From Octopus sinensis (lineage: Eukaryota): 64,000 bases of DNA. The position numbers and the translations under genes were made by a program. This document shows, one piece after another, positions 36,029 to 47,870 of the stretch. The stretch is from contig NC_042999.1 in assembly GCF_006345805.1 (NCBI RefSeq), forward strand, positions 62,682,001-62,746,000, in the 5' to 3' direction. The first letter of the stretch is position 1. Every line of letters starts with the position of its first letter. Below the pieces are notes generated by a model. The model was not told the DNA's origin. It saw only the letters and a program-made list of their open reading frames with translations, and ran no database searches.

Positions 36029-37027
36029 CTACAGAGATATAAAAAAAAACACATGTAACATGACCAAACATAACTTGCACTTAAACTACAGCCTTTATAT
36101 TAGCATTTCCTATTAAATATGAAACTAGATATCAAGTACATGTAAGAAATTATAATATAAAGTACATTACAATTATAGGAAGAGAATGCTGCTAAATTCT
36201 TAGAAGGAAAGGAAGAGCCCATAACCTTTTTCAGGACCTCTGAGACTGGTGGGAAGGAAAAGGAAGTTACTCTCAACCAGTGACCTGGCCCAATCACTTG
36301 CAACAGAGCGGATGACTTTGCCAAAGGCAACCAAGGGCCACGGGGTGGAGTTAAAAGATATTTTCATTACTGCATCAGCTAAACTGGAGATGGTAGAATT
36401 GGCTGGACATACAAAATATTTATTGTGTTCAGTCATATTCTTTCAGATAGTGTGTTCAAACTCCATCAAGGTTGTGACTTTTCCCTTTTAATCTTTTTGG
36501 TGTCAAAGTACCAATCAAGTGGTGGAGATCAGTTATCTTGTTCATTCAAGTTATAACCATGTGCTAATGTTAGAAATGATCATCATCATCATCATCACAT
36601 TATTATTACTATTAAGGCGGTGAGCTGGCAGAATCATTAACACACAAGGCAGAATGCTTAGCAGTGTTTTGTCCGTCCTTCCATTCTAAGTTCAAATTCC
36701 GCCAAGGTCGACTTTGCCTCCCCCAAAATTTCAGGCCTTATGCCTATTGTAGAAAGGATTATTATTATTATTATTATTAAGCAATCCTAAAAAAAAATTG
36801 GTAGAAACAATATTAAATTGATACTATTTAATTAATCAAAACAAAATCAAAATAATTAAAATTAAAATTCATATGTCAATTTACAGATGGTAAGTGAAAA
36901 CTAAATATTGAACAGATTACAAACATTAAACTTGAGTGAAATATTACAAAGGGAAATTTGCTATTTTTACGGTAATTTTAAACTAATTAAAAGTAATTTT
37001 CTATAAGACAAAAAATATAAAACATAC

Positions 37028-37069
37028 TGTGAAGGCTTCAAAGAGTTCTTCAGGGCTGCTTACTATAAT
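37028..37069 (-). CDS. NBR1: NBR1 exon 3 (PB1; IIVSSPEELFEAFT)
   Basis: TTTCAG/GTATGT boundaries, 42 nt. Aligns with the PB1 segment VSINSQGEYEEALK. Confidence 0.9.
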
Positions 37070-37721
37070 CTGAAATTAGAAAGTTTTATTTTTTAGATAA
37101 ACCATTTTTAATATTTCACAACTAAAAACAGAACAAACAGCAAATGCCTTTAAAAGGAAAAATAGCACAGGATATATGACATTTCAAGTATCTGAGAGGA
37201 AAGGAATGACCTGAAATATTCTAATTGTATTTCTAACACTCTACAGAAAAACACAAACATGCTAATTATATCAGAACTGTTGGAAGAAACAAAACAAGGC
37301 TAACAACAGAAGAATTAGATAAACACAAATAAATAAACTTTAGATATATATGATATAAATAATTTTAAGTATTGGCTTCCATTCAGTTGTTTAATCTCAT
37401 AGCCTAAAAATATTAATTGCGTAAATAAAAAAAAATGAAACTTCAAATTACTTTAAAATTTAACCCAATTTTTTTTTAAATTCCAGAATATTAAATTCAA
37501 ATTTTTTGAGTAGAAATACTTCTAGATACACTAAACACCAATCTCATCCTAAGATACATCAATAATAATCTATTTAGAGGTTATGAGAGGTAATGGTGTC
37601 AATAAGACCCAAAGGTGTCAGGTAATGCTGGGTAAGTACTCTGGACAGACCACAGTTAAGCTCCAGGTTCAGTGATTATGCGAATAAGGAGTCCAGCGTA
37701 GGTCATATATCAGTATGTGTA

Positions 37722-38051
37722 TATATAAAAAAAATTTTTTTTCAGAACGAGATAAAAAACCAAGGCTGTGAAGAATTTAGAACATTTATAAATAGGTCTT
37801 ACAGCTGTTTCCAGGATATTTATTATATCCTTTCATCGGAGATGGTGTGAGAAAATGGTTAAGCAATAGTTAATTTAGATAAGATACGAAATAGAGAGTG
37901 AAGTAGAAGAATGAAAATAGATGTGAGATATGCAGAGATATTGCATTTGTAATTCCATTATTCAGGCAGAATGGTATATACATATAAGATTCCAATACCA
38001 GGTATTGGAATCTCATTTATCTCATTCTGAAAAAAAAAATTTTTTTATATA
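37722..38051. mobile_element. Inverted-repeat-bounded element with a hammerhead-like motif (probable Penelope-like pLTR remnant)
   Basis: About 35-bp inverted repeats at 37722-37756 and 38016-38051. HHR-like fold at 37795-37845 on the minus strand. Confidence 0.55.
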
Positions 38052-38499
38052 ATAATCTATTTATTAATCTATATATTCTTAAAGCAGGCCACTATCTTCT
38101 TTTTTGCACAAAAATGATGAATCTACAGATCAACCAATTATCTTGAAATAGAAAGGGAAATGAACAAAATGTTTTTATACTTTTTTCATTTGCCATTGGT
38201 GTTACTCTTAAAAGTATGATGGTTGTAAGATTAAAGTGCAGGATTACTGACCACATAATTGTACTCTAAGCAAGGCCTCTAAATCTGCTTCTTCCTACTT
38301 AAGTGGTTAGGTAAAATAGATATCCAACTGTTAAGTTAAATCTACCAGAGACTCGCTCTCCTCCACCATATATCAGTTGTCTTTTATCAATAGCTGCTCA
38401 TATATAGTTTACTCTCTCCTTTTCTCTCATCTCTCAAATCAGGAATGTCCTGTCAGACCACATCATCATTCCAACTCACTGCTCCGCTGGGTATGTAAT

Positions 38500-39386
38500 G
38501 TCAGTGTGCATACTTGACAGAGTGTAAGTACCTTGAGAGAAAAGTTGGACCTAAGAAGTATCAGATGTGGTGTACAAGAGAGACGACTGTGGTAGTATGG
38601 TCATATGGCAGGATGAGGATAGCTGTGTGAAAAAGTGCCACACCCTAGCAGTTGAGGGAACTTATGGAAGAGATAGACCCAGGAAGACCTGGGATGAGGT
38701 GGTGAAGCACGACCTTCAAACATTAGGCGTCACCAAGACAATGACTAGTGACTGAGACCTTTGGAAATATGCTGTACTTGAGAAAACCCAGCAAGCCAAG
38801 TGAGACCTTAACCCATGGCCTATGCCAGAGGTGTAACCAGCCCACTTATGCGTACCTTTCCCTCATTGGACACTAAACTCTGCTTGCAAAGACCGGTTGA
38901 GGCAAGTGAAATCGAAATCAAATTCAATGACTGGCATCCATGCTAGTCGAACATTAAGAGCACCATCTGTGCGTGATCATTGCCAAAACAGCTGACTGGC
39001 TTCAGTGCCGGTGGCATGTAAAAAGACCATTCGAGCGTGATCGTTACCAGCATTGCCTTACTAGCACTTGTGCCAGTGGAACGTGAAAAAATATTCAAGC
39101 AACGTCATTGCCAGTGCCGCTGGACTAGCTCCTGTGCAAGTGGCATGCAAAAAACACCATTTGAGCGTGGCCATTGCCAGTACCATCTGACTGGCCCTCT
39201 TGCTGGTGGCATGTAAAAGCACCCACTACACTCTCGGAGTGGTTGGCGTTAGGAAGGGCTTCCAACTGTAGAAACTCTGCCAGATCAGATTGATGTCTGG
39301 TGCAGCCATCAGGTTCGCCAGTCCTCAGTCAAATCATCCAACCCATGCCAGCATGAAAAGCGGACGTTAAATGATGATGATGATGA
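38500..39386 (+). mobile_element. 3' fragment of the same RTE family (C-terminal ORF plus 3' UTR plus tail)
   Basis: DEDSCVKKCHTLAVEGT...RKTWDEVVKHDL is near-identical to the C-terminus at about 30790-31000. Ends GGACGTTAAA(TGA)n. Confidence 0.9.
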
Positions 39387-42124
39387 TTCTATTGTCTTTG
39401 GTATATCAGAAACTGTAGTTATGCTTTTCATACACTCATCCTACATTGTGTAACTGACAGTAGTGGGTGCTTTTTACATGCCACTGGTACAGCATCAGTC
39501 ATGACTACAATCTCACTTGGCTTGACAGGTCTTCTCAAGCACGGTATGTTGCCAAAGGTCTTGGTCACTTGTCACAGCCTTCAGGAGGCCCAAAGTTCAA
39601 AGGGTGCTTTTTACATACCAGTTACACAACACTGACAGCAGCCACAACTATAGTGCTATTTCTAACTACATAGAGACACACTCCTTAACCCTTTTATTAC
39701 TGTATTTATTTTGAGGTGCTCTGTGTTTCTTTCAATTAATTTTAAATATAACGAAGAATTTAATAACTTAATTATCATTAAGCTAGTGTTAGGAACATAA
39801 ATTGTGACTAAGGTTTGGTGGAAGACTTTAATTCAGAACTTATAAGACATTCGTACTACAGAACCAGAGGCAGTTTCAGCCAAATATCTTCCAATAAGAT
39901 CATAACTACTTAGTCCACTTCAACAGCACAAGGGAAAAAAAAAACCAATACTATAGATACCAAGAAAATAATTATACATGAAAACAGTTACAGCATTCAA
40001 GATATTATGCATTAAAAACCCATAAACACAGTTAATTTCATTTAAACATTTATCATTTGGTGTCAACTGAACTTGGTAACAGATGCAACTCCACTGCATC
40101 TAGCTTGTGGTGAAGTTGTCGGCTGATATATTGCTTGTTTTTCTATGTAGATCAGTCATTCTGGTTGGGTGCTCATAGTTGATCAGTTATTGGTATTTGG
40201 TTGTATTTCATGTAATCTCTAGTCTTTCTCTTTTCCTTTAGCATTGCATACAGTGAGTCAGAAGATTAATAACCTCAAAGAAGTGAACTTACCAGAGAAC
40301 AGAGATAATAGGAAGATGCAACAGACATAACAGTACACCTTCTCATGATCACCCAACTCAGATACCCAAAGTTGACACAGATGCCGAGCATTCACAATTT
40401 CTCAAGGCAACCACAAATATATAACATTGTCAATATTGCATCTCAAATGATTCAACTTCCTCTTTAAGACCAGAAAATATATCAGCTCTGATCAGTTTTA
40501 GATCCTCAATAAAGTTCAAAAGTCCGCTTTTAAATATCCAGGAAGGTGCTTATGTTTCACATACACACACACCTAATTGTAAATTGCGGTAAAGAAATTA
40601 TTTTTTAAATCCAGAAGAAATTACTCTTCAACCTGTGCCAACAAGAACCAGCCAAGACCTGGAGTTTGGTAAACAGTGCAAAACTCCTCAAGAAACAGCT
40701 GTGGGTTTGTAGTAAAGTAGTTTGTTTCACAACCATGTTGATGCTGGTTAAGTCCCAGTGTGAGGCACCTTAGGCAAGTACCTCCTACTACAGCTTCAGG
40801 CTGACCAGTGATTTGTAGGTGGAACTGATAGATGGACACTTGAGAAGCTCATGTAGGTGTTTGTATGCATGCATGTGTGTTTGCATGCATGCACATGTGA
40901 GACTATTGTTTCTACAAACACTCACTAACACTTCCTGAGCAAAAAAAAAAAAAAAACAGGATGTCTTTATTTAAATAGAAGACTTAGTTTTAGGTTCAGC
41001 AGCTTCATTGTTTTCAACATGAGAACTTGTGAAATGAAAATACCTTATTTGAAAATATATAAGGGTTAATGACAGGAAGAGCATCTGGCTGGAGAAAATC
41101 TACAACAGCATGTTTCATCTAACCCACGCCAACATGGAAAAATAGACATAATGGTATATAAGATTTCGTTCAAGGGCCAAGAGTTCTGTGTAGCATGAAA
41201 AAAAAAGACACAGAACACATGGTAAAGTGGTTGGCATTAGGAAGGGCATCAAACCATAGAAACCATGTCAAAGCTGACGATGGAGCTCAACACAGCCCTG
41301 TGGTCCACCAGATCCTATCAACCTGTCTAACCAATGCCAGCGCAGAAAACAGACCTTAAATGATGGTATTGATAATGATTTTTTTTATGTACATTGGTAA
41401 AGAATGTTTTAAACATTGGTAAGATGGGGTGAAAACTAAGTCCTTTGACATATTTGTTCTGCACCAAGTTACAGAGACTTCCTCATCAGAAATGCAGAGA
41501 ACCAGTGATTGGCCCATTAGAAACTGAACAATGGCACTTGTTTACCAACTGTGATATGAAATAAAATTATCAAATGATAAGAAAGAATGAAATACAGCTA
41601 TTAATACCCATTTGAATCCTGATAAGCTGGCATTAAATAAATTCAACCTGTTGGGTGTCCACAGTCACCTAATCTACTGTTTGTTCCTATCTTTCTCTCA
41701 GGTAATTTCTAAAGACAACAGATCTTTTATTTGTTTCAGCCAATGGACTGTGGCCATACTGGGGCACTGCTTTAAAAGGTTTTAGTCAAACACACCAACA
41801 CTAGTACTTAATCTTTTACTTAATCTATCACTCTTTTTAGCCTGACAGCTAACTTACAGAAACACAAACAAGTCAACACCAGCTATCAAGCAACAATGGA
41901 AGTGAAATAAACAAAGACACATGCACATACATATCTTATATATTACATACATATAAGGAGGGGGTGTCTACTTCTAGCATAATGGATGTTCACTTAGTAG
42001 TCATCCCTCTTATATGTATGTAATATAATTTTTCTGAATCTTCAGATTTTTCAATATGCTAGACCACTGGTTTTAAATTGATATTAATCAAATTAATATT
42101 CAATTTTTTACCCTTATTATTTTG

Positions 42125-42180
<56 letters not shown>

Positions 42181-42183
<3 letters not shown>

Positions 42184-42597
42184 GGTAGTGGGTAGCGATT
42201 TTCTTCACTACTTCAGGAAGTGACGACTCTGCCCAACACGAATCCCAGGCTCAGCTGGCTCCAGCTGATAGTAGCTGGTATGGGTCCCTATCCAGGGTTA
42301 CGGAAAGAAGGCAACCTTCAAAGAAATCCGGAGTGGAGCCCCGTAAGTGGTTTAGTTTTCAACTCGACGCTCTTCCGGAAGCTCCTGCAACCAAGCTAGT
42401 GCCAAACATAATGCTCTGCACTCCTTTGGACTACGTCAGCAAGGTCGAGAGACGAATCCTGACGATTGGGTTACCCAGGATTTTCTTACATCTAGCCCAG
42501 GCCTGCGCAAAACTGGAGAGGACATGAAATGTAAAAACCAGACTGGATTAGTTTATCCACAACTCCATTGACTCCTGAGACAAAAGGATGCTAACAA
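42181..42597 (+). mobile_element. GC-richer block between two (TA)n tracts, probably the 5' region of an RTE-type element
   Basis: Contains AAATCCGGAGTGGAGCCCC-type sequence recalled from RTE 5' UTRs. Sharply bounded by (TA)n. Confidence 0.35.
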
Positions 42598-43256
42598 TAT
42601 ATATATATATATATATCATCATTTAATGTCCATTTTCCATGCTGGCATGGGTTGGATGGTTTGACTGGTAAGGTGGGGAGCAGCATCAGGTTTCAATCTG
42701 ATCTGGCAAGGTTTCTACAGCTAGATGCCCTTCCTAACGCCTTCCACACCAAGAGTAGTGGGTGCTTTTTACGTGCCACTGGTACAGGTGCCAGTTGTGG
42801 CACGCCAGCATCAGCCATGACTACAATCTCACTTGGCTTGACAGGTCTTCTCAAGCATGGTATATTGCCGAAGGTCTTGGTCATTTGTCACAGCCTTCAG
42901 GAGGCCCAAAGTTCAAAGGCTGCTTCTTACATGCCAGTTACACAACACTGGCGTCAGCCACAACTATATATATAAACACACACACACACACACACACACG
43001 ACAAACTTCCAGACAGGTTCCATTTATCAAATTCACTCACAAGGAATTGGCTGGCCCAGGGCTTGCCCCATGTGTCATGCAGTGAGACTGAACCCATAAT
43101 CTCATGGTTGCAAAGCAAGCTTCTTAATCGCACAGCCATGCCTGCGTCTATAATCTCATCCACTAATTACAGACTAGGAAATGAAAATTGATGTTAATAT
43201 ACTTTTTGGTGTTTCCACCTTAACTTTTTATTTTACATTAGAAAATACAGACTTAC

Positions 43257-43319
43257 CATATCTGCATCTTCATCAATATACTTGATTTCAACTTTTCCAA
43301 AATTGAAGGCAGTTTTTAT
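43257..43319 (-). CDS. NBR1: NBR1 exon 2 (PB1; IKTAFNFGKVEIKYIDEDADM)
   Basis: CAG/GTAAGT boundaries, 63 nt, phase 0-0. Carries the PB1 acidic OPCA motif KYIDED. Confidence 0.9.
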
Positions 43320-45329
43320 CTGTATGCAAAAGGAAGAAAGTTAATCAAATCATATAATCAATAAATTTTAAATTGCTAATTAAAAAAAATACTAACGTAT
43401 TTATGTAAAATTTCATTTGAACATTCCCTACTTAAAATTTTCAATTCAGGTTCTTGTTTAGCCCAAGTCACTGACACTTGTAATCAACATCTGTGACCAT
43501 GCAGCTTTATTTTTTTCTAAGTACAACACCACATTATCAAATATGACCTTCATTGGGGGGGGGGGCATCTAGGCACAATATTTTGAGGAAGGTTTGGTAG
43601 CTATTTCTATCAGGTTGAGTGACCAAGTTGAGGATGCTTCCCATCAGCTTGTTTCAATTCTGGTAATGTTAAAAGCTAGGGGCCTATCTTCTATATCTAA
43701 CAGTTAAACCAAGATAATCACAGCTGTCTCAAACTCTAAAGGATCTTTTATAAGGACTGGTGAGAAGCAGATGGAAGGTTTATCTTCCTCTGTATATGAC
43801 ACTAGTCAAATCACCAGTAAAATCACCAGGCAATCAGATACCAATTATTGACAGCTGTGTGAACTGAGAAAATAAAGAATAAAGTGTAATTAAATACCTG
43901 TTGTCCAGCTGCAACTCATGACTTATCAAATAATCTAATACCTTATCCAAGTAGCCATTCAACTACTAATAAATTGCAGTGATGACAGGAGAGTCAGCTT
44001 TAGAAAGCAATTTACATGAGAATCTTATTTGCTGTATCTGCATTCAGCAACAATATATGAACTAGGTTTTTAAGAAACTTCCAGAGGCTTACAATATTCA
44101 ACCAGACAAAATACACAACCTCTTAACTGAAAAGTTATTAGCTTATCTCCAAATTGCTTATATTTCACTGTATGGCATTTTATACAGAACACTTCTGGCT
44201 CAGAGTAGGCTAAGTGAAAAGAGAATAAAATCACTTGATTTTGTGACAGTGATGAACACAAAGAAAATTTATGTGTACTTTCGATGGCTTTACTTTGTCA
44301 AGATGATTAATACCTCTTATTCATCATTTTCATATATTATCTAAATTATTTTACTGCATACGGTATAACAATAATTCAAGAAATATGAGGAAGTGATTAC
44401 AAGATATTACACATTATTCATCATCATCATCGTTTAACGTCCGCTTTCCATGCTAGCATGGGTTGGACGGTTTGACTGAGGGCTGGCAAACAAGATGGCT
44501 GCACCAGGCTCCAGTCTTGATCGGGCAGTTTCTACAGCTGAATGCCCTTCCTAACACCAACCACTCCAAGAGTGTAGTGGGTGCCTTTACATGCCACTGG
44601 CACGGGGGCCAGTCAGGTGATACTGGCAACGACCTCGCTCAAATCTTTTTACACATGCCAACAGCACAGGTGCCAGTAAGGCGATGCTGGTAACGAACCC
44701 GCTCGAATGGTGCCTCCTACATGCCACCGGCATAGAAGCCAGTTAGACGCTCTGGCAACGATCACGCTCGGATGGTGCTCTTAGCACCCTACTAGCACAG
44801 GGTACATATTTTGAACAGGAATTTGGAAAAAGTAAATCCAAAACCAAAATATAAAAAGATGTCACTAAATAACACAAGGGTTATACTAAAAAATGTTATA
44901 TAAACAATGCTGCTATACAAATAATCAAAGACTATGCATTTTAAGATATAAGACAATTGCTGCTGCTCTTGTTTCTACTTAGCCCTGGTCAATCCTAATT
45001 AAAGACAGAGACTGTTTTTAAGGCAGTTTCGTTTAAGGAGAATTTAGTTGCTATTTTTAAGGTTTATTTAGAATCCTGTGGTTGCAAAGCAAGCTTCTTC
45101 ACCACACAGCTATACCAGAAAGACAAGCAATCAGATAGAGTAAGCAAACAGACAGATATAGCTCTAATCTCTTTTTCATTAAGTGTCATAACCATATCTC
45201 TAATGAAATGCTCAGTGTGTTTCAATAAATTTCAAAAAGAATATGTAAGAATTTCATCAAGTTCTTCATTAAATGATATATTAAACTTGTGTTTGGAACA
45301 TAAAAGATTGTTGAATAATATTATAAATT

Positions 45330-45570
45330 AAAAGGCGGCAAGCTGGCAGAAATGTTAGCACGCCGGGCGAAACGCATAGCCGTATTTAGTCTGTTGTTAC
45401 GTTCTAAGTTCAAATTCCGCCAAGGTCGACTTTGCCTTTCATCCTTTCGGGGGTCGATAAATTAAGCACCAGTTACGCACTGGGTTTGATGTAATCGACA
45501 ATCCATTTGTCTGTCCTTGTTTGTCCCCTCTGTGTTTAGCCTCTTGTGGGCAGTAAAGAAATTGATATTA
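45330..45570 (+). mobile_element. tRNA-derived SINE with GTCGACTTTGCCTTTCATCC central domain (also about 10170-10380 minus, 36610-36760, 61290-61430)
   Basis: Shared AGCTGGCAGAA head, GTTCAAATTCC B box and central domain among the copies. Confidence 0.7.
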
Positions 45571-46586
45571 TAAATTAAACATCAACACTTTAAAACTTAG
45601 AGGAAGTGAGCTAGTACTCATGGCTTTGATGCTTTCAAGACTGATGATAGGAAAGGAAAAAAGAAATCATGATTCATGAGTTGCTGAAACAAGAAGCAGT
45701 GCTCTAAGTCATCCTCAGATTGGTGACCTACTACAACAGGTACCTAAAGATCAGGTGGTGGTGTTAAAGTGAGGGATGGCGTAAGTGTACAAATGAAACA
45801 GTTGCAGTCCAGTGACCTTCTCCACAGGTTCTGTCTAGCCAGTTAAACACAGCTTGGCTCAACTCAAAGCAATGGTACAATACACTTACACAAGACACAA
45901 TGTAGTGAGATCAAACCTAGAATCACCTGACGGTGATGTCAGCTAAACCACACAACTAGAACTGCACTGTTATTTTCTCAGCAAAACAATGTGGTTTATT
46001 TTCTGAACAAAACAATCCCAAAAAATTGCATACTTATAAAATTCCCACTCCACACACTCCCTTGGCTTGCAGTTTGTTTTCTTTCATTACAAATACAAGC
46101 AATAAATCATACAACTTTTTTCACCAATAAAAATGCTAGTTGCTTTTGTAATGAATCCTTAAACAAAATCCTAATTTAAAACAATTTTTAAAAAACAGTC
46201 AACATCCTCCTTAAACAGTCTGAAAAATAGCTTTGAAACATAGTAGTATCTATTTTTATAGGAAAGCTGTCTGAAATTGCATCATCTGTTATGTCTAAAG
46301 ACAACATTCTGAAGAAGTATTTGAAGTAACGACCTATTAATTAGTCAGGTTCTAAGTGCTTTAAGTACATTTCATTAATATTGATTCAAAAGTATATTCA
46401 CTTCATTTCAAACACTCAACAGAGTCACAAAACATTGATAATTATAAATAATTAATCAGTAGTTAGGTTACAATTAATTGTAGGCTAATGTATCAATGAT
46501 AATAGATAAAAACAAAGCTATATATATACTTTGTCAAAAAAGCAGCAAAGATATAAAAACTGCTTTTTTAGTGCTTACTCTGGTAT

Positions 46587-46652
<66 letters not shown>

Positions 46653-47589
46653 GTTTGGTAATACAAACAGGTAAAATAGAACTCAAAATATAAGTGTAGG
46701 GCATCCAGCTGTAGAAACACTGCCAGATCAGATAGGAGCCTGGTGCATCCGCTGGTTCTCCAGACCTCAATCAAACCATCCAACCCATGCCAGCATGGAA
46801 AACAGATGTTAAACGATGATGATATACTTTTTTTTTTATTATTCTTAATTGGTAGAAGTTACAAGTTGCCTTCATTTATAAAGACCAACTTAAATGATAA
46901 ATATAATTATCCCTGGATTCTAGTAAAAGTTAGAAATTTTTTTATATCTAGTGCCAACTGAAATGAAACACAGCTGCAAGAAACAAACTACTCTAAACAG
47001 TGCTTTCTTTTAGTTTTAATTCAAAACATCTGTGTGACGAAGGTTTTTTTTTTTTTTTTGACTGATGGCTCCAAAATACTAGTTCAAAATGCACCAACTT
47101 CGTTTAACCTGTATCTTAAGATAATCAAGTCAAGCTATCCAGTTGAAAAACTGGTAATCACTTCTCCAACATCAACTTCAACAAAGAAATCCAGCTTCAA
47201 AATCTCATAAAAATCATGGTGGAGACATCGTGGGTATTAAACATGTATACACTATAATATTCACTTTTAGTTTGTTACTATCAAGATATCAAAATCTTTC
47301 ATTGTACACATACAACTTCATCACCGACTGTCAACATTGTTTTTAACAGCTACAATGATGACTCCAATGAAAGAGTTTCAATCCCAACATAGGATTAGAT
47401 CAAATTCCTTGCCAGACAAATGCAACTCAAGAATAATTACCTTTCATTAAGAAACATTTTTTCATAAAATACTATGGACCAGCCTGCTGACTTAACCCTA
47501 GTAAATAATTAGTACTTACATTATACAAACATGATTCAAACTAAAAATCCTTCTTGTCTACTGCTAGGTAACAAGTAAATATACTACTA

Positions 47590-47870
47590 TATATTGCAAA
47601 ACCAATATATAATTTTATATGCAATACAAATATATCTTAATTTCGGTGCCAGTGTAGTATGTGATCTACAGCAACTTAAATCTAGACGGGCTTCACCTCT
47701 TATTTTCCCACCATTTCTCCTCACATTTGCTGCATGGATCAATATCTCCATGTTCATCAAGGAGTTCATAGCAGAGAAATTCTATTGCAGCTTCTTCATC
47801 TCAAATAACCTGTGTGTAAAATTCTTTTGCTCTAATCATGACTTCTTCCAATGGGCTCAGGACTAAATCA
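47590..47870 (-). pseudogene. Possible Merlin/IS1595-like transposase N-terminal relic
   Basis: RAKEFYTQVI*DEEAAIEFL...DPCSKC resembles the N-terminal zinc ribbon of Merlin transposases. Stops and frameshifts present. Confidence 0.4.

Noticed and set aside
36100-36500. Overlapping 76-80 aa ORFs beside exon 4 (and similar blocks at 780-1300, 11260-11580, 40080-40520, 53640-53930)
   Set aside because: No consistent splice sites or recognisable motifs; most likely highly decayed transposon fragments that cannot be classified by eye.
42200-42310. HDV-like ribozyme in the putative RTE 5' block
   Set aside because: A hairpin TCAGCTGG-CT-CCAGCTGA is present, but no P1/P2/P3 nested pseudoknot could be assembled by eye.
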